DNA from: Candidatus Buchananbacteria bacterium CG10_big_fil_rev_8_21_14_0_10_33_19
GTDB lineage: Bacteria; Patescibacteriota; Patescibacteriia; 2-01-FULL-39-33
Assembly (NCBI GenBank): GCA_002773855.1
Contig: PEZY01000012.1
Location: forward strand, 367,847-431,846
DNA: 64,000 nucleotides
Direction: 5' to 3'
The notes beneath the pieces are model-generated. The model had not been told where the DNA came from. It saw only the letters and a program-made list of their open reading frames with translations, and did no database searches. Each line of letters opens with the position of its first letter. Positions within the stretch are counted from its first letter, which is position 1. Below, piece after piece: positions 28,959 through 39,330 of this stretch. The translations under genes were made by a program, and so were the position numbers.

Positions 28959-30746
28959 TTATTTTCTCAACACGGCTAAAAAGGCGTCTGAAGGAATATC
29001 CACTCGACCGATACTCATCATTTTCTTCTTACCCTTCTTCTGTTTTTCTAATAATTTTTGACGACGACTCCAATCACCACCATATAACTTTGCCGTTACG
29101 TCTTTTTTAAGAGCTGATATTCGCTCAGAGGCTATCACTTTACCCCCAATTGCCGCCTGAATTTTAACCACAAACTGCTGACGACTTAATTCATTTTTTA
29201 AAATATTAACTATTTTTTTACCAACTTCATTAGCCGTGTCCTTATAAGTAATCAAAGATAAAGCTTCAATTTTGTCCTCAGCTACTAGTATATCCATTTT
29301 TACCACATCAGCTCTTTGATGCTCATAATAATCATAATTTAAACTAGCATAGCCAGAAGACACGGATTTTAAACGATCATAAAAATCAACTATTAATTGA
29401 GTAAGTGGGACATAATAATGCAGGATTGCTACATCCTTATCCAAATATTCAGTATTAATATAAACTCCTCTTTTTTCAGTCGCCATTTGCATAATACCAC
29501 CCAAATATTCTTTAGGGGTAAATATATCTACTCTCATAATTGGCTCTTCAACACGATCAATAAAAGTTGGATCTGGAAATTCCATGGGATTATAAATCAT
29601 TTTTTCACTACCATCCTTATAAAAAACTTTATAAGCCACGCTCGGTGTAGTAACGATTAAATCCAAATCAAATTCACGACTCAATCTTTCCTGAAAAATT
29701 TCTAAATGCAATAAACCAAGAAAACCACACCGAAAACCAAAACCTAAAGCTTGAGAATTTTCTGGTTCATACATCAAACCAGAATCATTTAATTTTAATT
29801 TTTCTATCGCTTCTCTTAATTTAGAATAATCGCTCCCGTCCTTACAAAAAACACCAGCAAACACCATCGGTTTCACCTCTTGAAAACCTGGCAACAATTC
29901 TGCATTGGCGTTTTGCAAAGTAATTGTATCACCTACTTTTACCTGAGACACATCTCGTAAACCAGTTACTATATAACCAATTTCACCAGTTTCTAGTTTA
30001 CCGGTTTTAACATATTTAGGTGAAAAATAACCAACTTCAATAGCATGAGCTAATTTTTTATTCGAAACAAATTTTATTTGCTCATTACTTTTAATTTCAC
30101 CTTCAAAAACTCTAATATAAGCAATCACTCCCTTGTACTCATCATAAATAGAATCAAATATCAAAGCTCTTAAATCTTTTTTATCAGTAAAAACTTTGGG
30201 CGGTGGGACTAATTTAATAACTGCCTGCAACACTTCTGGCACACCTTCGCCGGTCTTAGCTGACACCTTATAAATTTCCTCCGGCTGACAACCCAATATA
30301 CCTACAATTTCCGCTAATACCTTTTCCACATTAGAATTGGGTAAATCAATCTTATTAATCACCGGAATTATTTCTAAATTTTGATCTAAAGCTAAATATA
30401 AATTAGCTAGGGTTTGAGCCTGAATACCTTGAGTCGCATCCACCAATAAAACTGCCCCCTCCACAGACATCAAGCTACGAGAAACTTCATAGGTAAAATC
30501 AACATGCCCTGGAGTATCAATTAAATTAAGCTCATAACCATCATAACTCATCCGCACTGGCTGTAATTTAATAGTAATACCTCTTTCCTGCTCAATATCC
30601 ATTTGATCCAAGAGCTGGGCTTTCATGTTTCTTTTATCAATTGTACCGGTTACTTCCAACATTCTATCAGCCAAGGTAGATTTACCATGATCAATATGAG
30701 CGATGATACAAAAATTTCTAATTTTTTCTTTATTTAAAACTGACAT
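28959..30746 (-). CDS. lepA: Elongation factor 4 (LepA)
   Basis: G-domain motifs (AHIDHGKST, DTPGHVDF, NKID), EF-G-like domains, unique LepA C-terminal domain. Confidence 0.9.
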   Translation of the reverse strand: MSVLNKEKIRNFCIIAHIDHGKSTLADRMLEVTGTIDKRNMKAQLLDQMDIEQERGITIKLQPVRMSYDGYELNLIDTPGHVDFTYEVSRSLMSVEGAVLLVDATQGIQAQTLANLYLALDQNLEIIPVINKIDLPNSNVEKVLAEIVGILGCQPEEIYKVSAKTGEGVPEVLQAVIKLVPPPKVFTDKKDLRALIFDSIYDEYKGVIAYIRVFEGEIKSNEQIKFVSNKKLAHAIEVGYFSPKYVKTGKLETGEIGYIVTGLRDVSQVKVGDTITLQNANAELLPGFQEVKPMVFAGVFCKDGSDYSKLREAIEKLKLNDSGLMYEPENSQALGFGFRCGFLGLLHLEIFQERLSREFDLDLIVTTPSVAYKVFYKDGSEKMIYNPMEFPDPTFIDRVEEPIMRVDIFTPKEYLGGIMQMATEKRGVYINTEYLDKDVAILHYYVPLTQLIVDFYDRLKSVSSGYASLNYDYYEHQRADVVKMDILVAEDKIEALSLITYKDTANEVGKKIVNILKNELSRQQFVVKIQAAIGGKVIASERISALKKDVTAKLYGGDWSRRQKLLEKQKKGKKKMMSIGRVDIPSDAFLAVLRK

Positions 30747-30848
30747 AATAGTTAAGTGAATTAAAGCATATTATAACAGTAATAACTTTAAAAATCAAGT
30801 AAAATAAAACTCGCTAAAGTTAAGTATTAACGAGTAAAATAAGCTTAA

Positions 30849-32552
30849 TTAAACTCCAGTACCCTCTTGACTGGTGTCTTCTATGACTGTTACCTTTCTA
30901 AATAATTTACGGTGCATCGAAGAAACAAAAATACTCATCTCCTCCATATTAAGCAGATAACCCAGTAATCCATAACCCAATAGACCCACACTACCAGCTA
31001 CAAAACCTTGAAATAAAATGCCCAAAAAGGTTTCGGTGACCACATACATATTAATCAAGTACAGCGATGAGTATGTGAACAAGCCGGCACCCAATGAGGC
31101 AAAGACGATTCTAAAAGATGAGTCCATTATTTTACGACCATCTAACCTGCCAATACTATGTCTTAAGGCCAACATTAAAATAAGCAAATTAAACAACGCT
31201 GCGACCGATATAGCCATTGGCATGGATAAGATTCGTAAATCAGTAGTGTGCCATAAATCTGGCACTTTTAAAATAGCTACTACAAAAAATGAAAACCAAT
31301 TATCAAAACTAAACACCCAGGCAAAGAAAAATAAACTACCTAAGTTAATAAATAAATCTACTATCCCAATAAAAAATGGCGTCTTGGTGTTATGCAAAGC
31401 GTAAAATCCCCTGACTATCAGAGGTAGTGCTCCTTGAGCAAACAAACTAATAGAAAATATAGCCAAAGCTGCTGCCGTTAATCTAGTATCTGTCCAACTA
31501 AACTGCCCGCTACCCAAAATCACCCGAACAATTTGAGCTCGCAAGACATATAACAAAACCGACACTGGCACAATAAAAAATAATATTTGTCGAAAAGTGG
31601 TCGAAATTGTAGCCACAAAATCATCCATTTTTTTACTAGTCGCCAAGCTCGACAAAACTGGCAAAGCGGCTACCGCAAAAGACACACCAAAAATTCCCAA
31701 AGGAAAACTTTGCAAATTATTGGCCAAATTATATATCGCCAAAGAACCAACCATTAATGTTGAAGCAAAAATAGTAGTGATTAAAAAATTAAGTTGATTA
31801 ATAATTAAGGTCAAAGTTCTTGGGATCATTAATTTACCAACTTTTCTAACATTGCGATTATTCAGACCAAAAACTAATTCATAGCGGTAACCAGTAAAAA
31901 ATGTGGCTGGCAACTGAACCAACATATGCATCAAAGAACCTAGGACTACTCCCCAGGCTAAGCCATAAACGCCAAAATATTCTACCAAATACAGAGCTCC
32001 AATAATAATACCGACATTATAAAAAACTGGAGCCAAGGAATAAATAAAAAATCGTTTGTGAGATTGTAAGATAGAACTAAATATAGCCGAGATACCTAAA
32101 AATATAGGACTCAAAAACATTATCCTAGACAAACCAACAACCATGTTTAATTTTTCACCAGAAAATCCTGGTGTTATCAGTGACATAAGTTGTGGTGCCA
32201 GAATAAATAAAGTAGCACAAACTAAAACTACTGCCAAAAAAGCAATATTTAAAATACTATTTATTAAATACCAAGCTTCTTTTTTATTGCCAAATTTTTT
32301 ATTTAGTAATGCTATAAAAACCGGAATTACGCCGGCTGAAATAGCCCCTAAAATTAATAGATTATAAACCAAATCTGGTAATCTAAAAGCCGCATAATAA
32401 GCATCCAACACATCCCCCGCCCCAAACTGAGCGGCCAATACTCGATCACGAAATATACCTAAAAATCGACTCACTAAAGACAAGGCGCCGATGATAATCG
32501 CCGCTGAAGTAATATTTTTAGCTTGGGAATTGATTATTTTTTTAATCATCAA
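30849..32552 (-). CDS. murJ: Lipid II flippase MurJ (MviN)
   Basis: 14-TM MOP-superfamily protein with MurJ N-terminus (LGIFRDRVLAAQFGAGDVLDAYYAAFRLPD). Confidence 0.75.
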   Translation of the reverse strand: MMIKKIINSQAKNITSAAIIIGALSLVSRFLGIFRDRVLAAQFGAGDVLDAYYAAFRLPDLVYNLLILGAISAGVIPVFIALLNKKFGNKKEAWYLINSILNIAFLAVVLVCATLFILAPQLMSLITPGFSGEKLNMVVGLSRIMFLSPIFLGISAIFSSILQSHKRFFIYSLAPVFYNVGIIIGALYLVEYFGVYGLAWGVVLGSLMHMLVQLPATFFTGYRYELVFGLNNRNVRKVGKLMIPRTLTLIINQLNFLITTIFASTLMVGSLAIYNLANNLQSFPLGIFGVSFAVAALPVLSSLATSKKMDDFVATISTTFRQILFFIVPVSVLLYVLRAQIVRVILGSGQFSWTDTRLTAAALAIFSISLFAQGALPLIVRGFYALHNTKTPFFIGIVDLFINLGSLFFFAWVFSFDNWFSFFVVAILKVPDLWHTTDLRILSMPMAISVAALFNLLILMLALRHSIGRLDGRKIMDSSFRIVFASLGAGLFTYSSLYLINMYVVTETFLGILFQGFVAGSVGLLGYGLLGYLLNMEEMSIFVSSMHRKLFRKVTVIEDTSQEGTGV

Positions 32553-33697
32553 CTTGTCTTAACAATTTCTCGTGCGATCATTAATTCTTCATTAGCCTCA
32601 ATTACTATATTTTTAAATTTGGATAAATGTCTAATTTTATCCAAAACAATTTTTCGCACCGCCGGACTTCTTTCGCCAATCCCGCCAGTAAAAACTATTA
32701 AATCTACACCATCCATAGAAATGGCCAGTTGACCAATATATCTAACCACATCATAAACAAACATATCCAAAGCTAATTGAGCTTTGGCTTTTTGATTATC
32801 AGTAAATATTTTGTTACTAGAATAATCCAAAACTTTATGTCCACTAGCTAGCAGTATCTCTCGCATATCCATGGTGCCAGCAATAGCTAACAGCCCAGAT
32901 TCTTGATTAAAAACTTTAGTGATCTCACTGGTAGACATTTTTAATTCATTAATCATATATAACGGAATAGAAGCGTCTAAATCCCCGGCTCTAGTTGACA
33001 TGGTTAAGCCCTCAAGTGGTGTAAAGCCCATGGTAGTATCAATAGCTAATCCATTTTTAGTAGCCGTAATACTACACCCACTACCTAAATGACAAGTAAT
33101 AATTTTAGCTTTACTAATTTTTAGTTTAGCTTTTTTAGCACCTTCAATTGCTGAATACTGATGAGACAAGCCATGAAAACCATAACGCCTAATACCTAAT
33201 TTATAAAACTTGCTTGGCAAGGCATAGCGATGTATGTATTCGGGAATATCTGCGTAATAGGCCGTATCAAAAACTGCTACATGCTTGGCCTGAGGTAATA
33301 ACTTTAAAGCCGACTCCGCACAAGCTAAATTAATCGGATTGTGTAGCGGGGCTAATTTATTATACTTAGCCAATTTATTAATTATCCCTTGATTTAATTT
33401 TAAAGGTTGATTGTATGTGCCGCCACCATGAACTACCCGATGACCAACCAATTTTATATCCGGCAAAATAGTTTTAAGTTGCAACAGCACTTCGGCTAGT
33501 GCTTGTTCATAATCTAAAATCCCTGGAGGATATTTTTTGAGCAATCTATCTTTACCTAGACCATCGACAGACATAAAAGAATTTTTAAGACCAATTCTCT
33601 CCACAATGCCGCTTAGTTCTTCTGATAAATTTGAAGCCGAAAAAACCTTGAATTTCAAGGTGGCGCTGCCAGAATTAATGACTAATATTTTTTTCAT
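32549..33697 (-). CDS. ackA: Acetate kinase
   Basis: MKKILVINSGS.TLKFKVF N-terminus, HGGG and ASKHD-like fold motifs; 4-bp overlap with murJ. Confidence 0.8.
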   Translation of the reverse strand: MKKILVINSGSATLKFKVFSASNLSEELSGIVERIGLKNSFMSVDGLGKDRLLKKYPPGILDYEQALAEVLLQLKTILPDIKLVGHRVVHGGGTYNQPLKLNQGIINKLAKYNKLAPLHNPINLACAESALKLLPQAKHVAVFDTAYYADIPEYIHRYALPSKFYKLGIRRYGFHGLSHQYSAIEGAKKAKLKISKAKIITCHLGSGCSITATKNGLAIDTTMGFTPLEGLTMSTRAGDLDASIPLYMINELKMSTSEITKVFNQESGLLAIAGTMDMREILLASGHKVLDYSSNKIFTDNQKAKAQLALDMFVYDVVRYIGQLAISMDGVDLIVFTGGIGERSPAVRKIVLDKIRHLSKFKNIVIEANEELMIAREIVKTS

Positions 33698-33832
33698 TTA
33701 TAGATTAACTTAACTTTGATTGAACCAATAAAACCACAATAACTCCCACCGCGATTACACCGATAAAAACGTAAATCATATTTTATATATTTATTAATTT
33801 TTTACTCTTGTTGCAATAATAAAAAATCTAAC

Positions 33833-34411
33833 TTATTTCTTGGTTATTAATTCTCCAAAACCACACACGCCATCCGGCATAGCCGCATTGCCCTCATCGG
33901 TATCTAGATGAACCGACAAATCAAAATCATCCCTGATCCTAACTACCACATTATGAAAAGTGACACTTCTCTCACCGGCTGTTTTAACTGATACTAGTTG
34001 ATTGTTTTTTAAGCCTAATTTTTTAGCTTGGGCTGGATTACAATGCAAATGGCGATGAGTAACAATAATACCGGATTTTATTTTTACTTGTCCCTTGGGA
34101 CCAATTAACATTGCCCCGATAGATCCTTCTAGATCACCAGAAATTTTAAGTGGCGGTTTTATTTTTAGCTTTCTAGCAACAGTTAAAGTTAACTCAATTT
34201 GAGTTTGATCTCGCACTGGTCCAACTATTCGCACATTATCTAATTGACCACCCTTAGTTTTAATCGCAATAGTCTCTTGAGCAGCAAATTGTCCTTTTTG
34301 TGATATGGATTTAAGCGGTTTTAACTTATAACCAACGCCAAAAAGTTTATCCAAATCACTTTGAGATAAGTGACAATGTCGAGCTGAAACTTCTATTCTA
34401 ATTTTTGACAT
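33833..34411 (-). CDS. PduL-type phosphate acyltransferase (phosphotransacetylase analogue)
   Basis: Two PduL half-repeats with RHCHLS / THRHLHC metal-binding His motifs; about 190 aa; adjacent to ackA. Confidence 0.6.
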   Translation of the reverse strand: MSKIRIEVSARHCHLSQSDLDKLFGVGYKLKPLKSISQKGQFAAQETIAIKTKGGQLDNVRIVGPVRDQTQIELTLTVARKLKIKPPLKISGDLEGSIGAMLIGPKGQVKIKSGIIVTHRHLHCNPAQAKKLGLKNNQLVSVKTAGERSVTFHNVVVRIRDDFDLSVHLDTDEGNAAMPDGVCGFGELITKK

Positions 34412-34461
34412 AAATTGATAAATTGATAATTTATATTGGTAATTTTATCATTTTTTGGCAA

Positions 34462-34492
34462 ATAAAAAAAGCCCCGCAATTGCAGGGCTAGG
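34462..34492 (-). terminator. Terminator downstream of lipoprotein gene 34505-35287
   Basis: agccccgcaa/ttgcagggct hairpin with A-tract upstream on the plus strand. Confidence 0.55.
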
Positions 34493-34504
34493 ATTTTGAC
34501 TCAA

Positions 34505-35287
34505 TTAATAATTGAAGCCGATGTTGACATTAACGATGCCACCAGAGTATGGGATTAGAACTAACCCCGCAATGGCGTCGAAGATATCGAAATTCAGATA
34601 GGTGGAATATGGAGTGCCGATCAAATCAACCAGTTGAATAGTGGCATGATGACCATCAAAGCCAATAGGCAACCAACCAGCAAAATGCAGGGCGGTACCA
34701 ACTTTGGTATAAGCCATGAAATACTGATCACCAGTGTCGGTGACAATAGTCGCGTCACCACTTGCACTCCAATCACCTGGCATGTTATCAATTTGGAATT
34801 CAAAGAAATAGGAATCCACCAATTCGAACATGATGTTCAAGTTAGTAGTACTGCCAGCTGTCACGACCACGATCACAGAATCAAAAAACAATCTTTTATC
34901 GTGAACGTCATAAGCTTCGATCCAAACACTATAATTTGCTGGTACAATGGACAATTCGCCAAAGTAATTACCAGCGGCATCGACATCGATGACAAACGGA
35001 TCAGCATAAGCATTTGTTTGTGCTGGTGGGACACTAGAGTCTTCACCAAACCAAATGCTAATATAATCGATATTGTCTCGAAACATGTCGCCAATCTGGG
35101 TTTGAGTGTGGCTGAGTTTGGCACTTTGGTAATCATAAATATTACCAGAAACTACAACCTTCCCGGTTGTCGACGGAATTGGTGGTTCGTCTGCCGACGG
35201 ACCACTATATTGATCCGTCGGAGGACAACCCATATTAATTGAAGCCATGATTATAGCCAAAATTAAATAGGATGTTCTCGGTTTCAT
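34505..35287 (-). CDS. Lipoprotein, GC-rich, paralog of 35490-36323
   Basis: Lipobox (INMGC); C-terminal ~130 aa aligns with the neighbouring paralog (DNMPGDW…FDG…FDIFD…VNV.F); local GC is well above genome background. Confidence 0.55.
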   Translation of the reverse strand: MKPRTSYLILAIIMASINMGCPPTDQYSGPSADEPPIPSTTGKVVVSGNIYDYQSAKLSHTQTQIGDMFRDNIDYISIWFGEDSSVPPAQTNAYADPFVIDVDAAGNYFGELSIVPANYSVWIEAYDVHDKRLFFDSVIVVVTAGSTTNLNIMFELVDSYFFEFQIDNMPGDWSASGDATIVTDTGDQYFMAYTKVGTALHFAGWLPIGFDGHHATIQLVDLIGTPYSTYLNFDIFDAIAGLVLIPYSGGIVNVNIGFNY

Positions 35288-35447
35288 GTTGTTTTCCTTC
35301 TTGGCCTGGCCCTAATTGGACTCAGGTGTTGGTGGTGGTGGGGAGAATTCCCCTTTTCCAATCTAACTGAAGTTGGTTGGAAGGTACAATGAACTGTTAA
35401 TATTAGCATAGAGAGTCATTATTGTCAATAGCTGACCAAAAATAAAA

Positions 35448-35473
35448 CCCGCGATCACATTGTGACCGCGGGG
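35448..35473 (-). terminator. Terminator after lipoprotein gene 35490-36323
   Basis: cccgcgatcaca-t-tgtgaccgcggg long hairpin, A-tract on plus / U-tract on minus. Confidence 0.6.
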
Positions 35474-35489
35474 TACTCTTAACAGTAGG

Positions 35490-36323
35490 CTAATACTCTT
35501 GGAAATAAACGTTGACGTCCAAGCGTCCCAGCCATTCGGGGAAGATGTACGGTACGTTCATAAACCAGTAATCATTCTCCCGCAGCACATCAATGTCGAA
35601 GATGTTGAACTGCAACTCGGTAGCATAGTCCTTGCCATCCAGATCAGTGACAATCAAAGCCGATTCATCGACTCGACCATCAAAATCAATCGGCAAACTG
35701 GCCCGAAAAAGAACCACATATTCATTACTGCCCGAGTAAGGATAAACGCGCGAATACTGGCAGTAGTAGCCTTCCCCATTGACCACGAGATTGGCATAGC
35801 CATACTCACTATAGTCACCGGGCAGATCATCGACCACAAACTGAAACAGATAATGCTCGGACAAACCCAGTAATACTCCAAGTCGTCCGGATCTACCAGC
35901 GACTACGACCAAACTGGTGTTATAGACAAAAGTCTCCATGCCTAATTCATCGTAGGCCGTCACATACAAATTGTATTCACCGGCCGGTACCAATATACTG
36001 CCACTGTACGACCCATTAATTACATCAATGGAGTGGTAGTAAGATCCAATTTCCATCCCACCACCGCCTTTACCAATACCGCTGTCGGCCGGGAAAAAAA
36101 CGAAGGCCAACTGCCGAATCCGCGGCTTATGAAACTCCACAATGTCGTTCCAGTCCATCAGGGCCTTGCTCTCGTTGAAGTCGCCTTCAATGATGACATT
36201 GCCCATGCCGGCGGGGATTAAGAGTTCTTCCTCTACCGGTTCGCTGATCGGTGTGGTCGCTGGACAACCAGTTAACCCCACTACCAACATCAAGGTGGCC
36301 AGGATCACAAGAATTTTCTGCAT
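35490..36323 (-). CDS. Lipoprotein, GC-rich, paralog of 34505-35287
   Basis: Probable start MQKILVILATLMLVVGLTGC (lipobox) with AAGGAAGAG RBS; the ORF-track start at 36398 is an upstream extension; consensus promoter TTGACA-17-TATAAT at 36442-36470. Confidence 0.55.
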   Translation of the reverse strand: MQKILVILATLMLVVGLTGCPATTPISEPVEEELLIPAGMGNVIIEGDFNESKALMDWNDIVEFHKPRIRQLAFVFFPADSGIGKGGGGMEIGSYYHSIDVINGSYSGSILVPAGEYNLYVTAYDELGMETFVYNTSLVVVAGRSGRLGVLLGLSEHYLFQFVVDDLPGDYSEYGYANLVVNGEGYYCQYSRVYPYSGSNEYVVLFRASLPIDFDGRVDESALIVTDLDGKDYATELQFNIFDIDVLRENDYWFMNVPYIFPEWLGRLDVNVYFQEY

Positions 36324-36441
36324 GTTCTCTTCCTTTCGAATTAAGGTTATTAGCACCATACTAACAACCGATTGATGGAAATAAACCCGACTAGACAAAT
36401 CGAATTTACCATTTAACTATGTCAATGTTCTAATGTTTTGT

Positions 36442-36470
36442 TATTATATCATATATATTACACTTTGTCA
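36442..36470 (-). promoter_or_regulatory. Consensus sigma70-like promoter (TTGACA-17-TATAAT) for lipoprotein gene
   Basis: Exact -35 and -10 hexamers with a 17-nt spacer, read on the minus strand. Confidence 0.6.
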
Positions 36471-36580
36471 ATCAAATCCATAAATAATCACTCTTAAACG
36501 GCTATATTAGGCTATTTTTACTCAAAAACCTAAAAACCCAGCAACCACTGGGTTTTTAAATAATCCAATTCTTTGTATCT

Positions 36581-39232
36581 CTATTTTCTCTCACGAATAA
36601 CAGCTTGAGCCGCGGCTAATTTGGCAATTGGCACCCTAAATGGCGAACAGGACACGTAATCAAAACCTTCTCGATGACAAAACTCCACACTACTTGGCTC
36701 ACCACCGTGTTCACCACAAATCCCAACCTTTAAATTACTGCGAACACTTCTTCCTTTGGCGACCGCAATTTTCATCAATTCCCCCACTCCCTCTTGATCC
36801 AACACCTCAAACGGATCAGACTCATAAATACCTTTGGCAACATATTCTTTCAAAAATTTACCAGCATCATCTCGACTAAAGCCGCAACCCATCTGAGTTA
36901 AATCATTTGTACCAAAAGAGAAAAACTCCGCTTCCTCGGCAATCTTGTCGGCAGTGACCGCCGCTCTTGGAACTTCAATCATCGTGCCAATTTTATAATC
37001 CATTTGTATGCCAGCATTTTTTATAATCGTGTCTGCAATTACTACGGCTCTCTGTTTCAAAATAGAAAATTCTCGACTACTACCAATAAGTGGAATCATA
37101 ATTTCGGGCACGATTGGATTGCAACGACCACAAGTCGGACACTCACTAGAAACTTCAACTGCCGCTTCCATAATTGCTTGGACTTGCATATCATAAATTT
37201 CCGGATAAGTAATGGCCAGACGACAACCGCGATGACCCAACATCGGATTAAATTCGTGTAAATCAGAAATTTTGGCTTTTAATGTTCCTGCATCCACTTC
37301 CATTTCTCTAGCTAGTTCATAAATATCTTTTTCACTAGTCGGCAAAAATTCATGTAACGGTGGATCTAAAAGTCTAATAGTCACAGCATAACCTTCCATA
37401 GCATGAAATAAACCAATAAAATCTTTCTTTTGGTATGGTAATAGTTTGGCCAAAGCTTTTTTACGACCTTCCAGATCAGCTGACAAAATCATTTCCCGAA
37501 CCGCTTTAATTCTATCACCTTCAAAAAACATATGTTCAGTTCGGCATAGACCAACGCCTTCAGCTCCAAACCTTCTGGCCACCTTAGCATCATGAGGTGT
37601 ATCCGCATTAGTTCTAATCTTCAATCTTTTGATTTCGCTGGACCAATTCATAATTGTTCCAAAATCACCACTTAATTCCGGATCTTGAGTATTTAATTTC
37701 CCCAAATAGACTGTGCCATCTCCCCCATCTAAAGTGATAAAATCACCTTCTTTAACTACTTCACCAGTAGTCTTCAAAGTAAACTTGCGACCTTTTTCAT
37801 CAATAGAAATATCAGCACAACCAGCTACACAACAAGTACCCATGCCTCTAGCCACCACGGCGGCATGTGAAGTCATACCACCTCGAGCGGTCAAAATACC
37901 TTTAGCACTAAGCATACCATCAATATCTTCTGGTGATGTTTCTATCCGCACCAAAATCACATCTAGTCCAGCCTGAGTCTTAGCAAAGGCATCAGCAGCT
38001 GTAAAAGTAACTTGACCAACTGCGGCCCCCGGAGAAGCTGGCAAACCAGTCGCTACCACTTCTGCCTCACCCTTTGATATTGGATCTAATTGTTTGTGTA
38101 ATAATTGATCTAATTGATTGGGATCGACTTTCATCAACGCCTCTTCTCGATTCAAAACTCCCTCTTTGACCAATTCCACAGCAATTCGCACCGCCGCTGC
38201 CGCTGTTCTTTTGCCATTTCTAGCTTGTAATATATATAATTTACCCTCTTGAATAGTAAATTCCATGTCCTGCATATCACGGTAGTGTTTTTCTACTCGA
38301 TCACAAACAGTCACCAGTTCATCATAAATAACTTTATTTTGAGTTTCAAGATCTGATACCGGTTTAGGCGTTCTAATGCCAGCTACCACATCTTCACCTT
38401 GGGCGTTCATTAAATACTCACCATAAAATTTATTTTCACCAGTACTAGGATTACGAGTAAAGCAAACACCAGTGCCAGAATTATCATTCAAATTTCCAAA
38501 AACCATCGCCTGAATATTTACAGCGGTACCAATTAAATGCTTAAGATTGTTTAATTCTCTGTATCTTTTAGCTCGATAATTATGCCAAGAATTAAACACC
38601 GCATCAATAGCCAACTGTAATTGCTCTCTCGGATCTTGGGGGAAATCCACACCCTTTAATTCGACAATCTTAGCACGATATCTTTTGACAATTTCCTCTA
38701 AATGGCCGGCTGTTAAATCGGTATCGTATTCTGCGCCCACTGTATCCTTAACATTTTCTAAAATCTCTTCAAACTCACTACCGTCAACTTCCATTACTAC
38801 ATCACCAAACATCTGAATAAACCGACGATAAGAATCCCAAGCAAATCTAGGATTATTAGATTTTTCGGCCAAAGCTTCAACTGACTTATCATTTAAACCT
38901 AAATTTAAAATTGTATCCATCATACCTGGCATAGAAGCAGCCGCACCAGACCGAACAGAAACTAAGAGTGGATCATGAGTATCACCCAATTTCTTGCCCA
39001 TTTTTTCTTCTAATTCATTAAGTTTTTTTTCTATCTGATCACGCACCGCTTGTGGATAATTTTTGTCATTTTTATGATAAGTCTCACATACTTCAGTAGT
39101 CACTGTAAACCCAGGCGGCACCTTAATACCAAGACTACTCATTTCAGCTAGATTTGCACCCTTACCACCTAAAACTTCTTTTAAATCCTTATTTCCCTCT
39201 TCAAAGGAATAAACATATTTTTTTTCAGACAT
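36581..39232 (-). CDS. ppdK: Pyruvate, phosphate dikinase
   Basis: About 880 aa; ATP-grasp N-domain, central phospho-His domain (GGMTSHAAVVARGMG), C-terminal PEP-utilising TIM barrel. Confidence 0.9.
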   Translation of the reverse strand: MSEKKYVYSFEEGNKDLKEVLGGKGANLAEMSSLGIKVPPGFTVTTEVCETYHKNDKNYPQAVRDQIEKKLNELEEKMGKKLGDTHDPLLVSVRSGAAASMPGMMDTILNLGLNDKSVEALAEKSNNPRFAWDSYRRFIQMFGDVVMEVDGSEFEEILENVKDTVGAEYDTDLTAGHLEEIVKRYRAKIVELKGVDFPQDPREQLQLAIDAVFNSWHNYRAKRYRELNNLKHLIGTAVNIQAMVFGNLNDNSGTGVCFTRNPSTGENKFYGEYLMNAQGEDVVAGIRTPKPVSDLETQNKVIYDELVTVCDRVEKHYRDMQDMEFTIQEGKLYILQARNGKRTAAAAVRIAVELVKEGVLNREEALMKVDPNQLDQLLHKQLDPISKGEAEVVATGLPASPGAAVGQVTFTAADAFAKTQAGLDVILVRIETSPEDIDGMLSAKGILTARGGMTSHAAVVARGMGTCCVAGCADISIDEKGRKFTLKTTGEVVKEGDFITLDGGDGTVYLGKLNTQDPELSGDFGTIMNWSSEIKRLKIRTNADTPHDAKVARRFGAEGVGLCRTEHMFFEGDRIKAVREMILSADLEGRKKALAKLLPYQKKDFIGLFHAMEGYAVTIRLLDPPLHEFLPTSEKDIYELAREMEVDAGTLKAKISDLHEFNPMLGHRGCRLAITYPEIYDMQVQAIMEAAVEVSSECPTCGRCNPIVPEIMIPLIGSSREFSILKQRAVVIADTIIKNAGIQMDYKIGTMIEVPRAAVTADKIAEEAEFFSFGTNDLTQMGCGFSRDDAGKFLKEYVAKGIYESDPFEVLDQEGVGELMKIAVAKGRSVRSNLKVGICGEHGGEPSSVEFCHREGFDYVSCSPFRVPIAKLAAAQAVIRERK

Positions 39233-39330
39233 AATAGATGTTGTTAATTAAATTATTTAAAATAGTTGTTTAAAACAAAAAGATAGGCCACTTTGGTCCT
39301 ATCACTTTCCAATCTAGCTAGTCAAAACTA

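Noticed and set aside
34634-36375. Long plus-strand ORFs (34634-35242, 35499-35873, 36033-36375 and others) opposite the lipoprotein genes
   Set aside because: They lie antisense to genes with signal peptides, paralogy, promoters and terminators. The long open frames arise from local GC richness, not coding.
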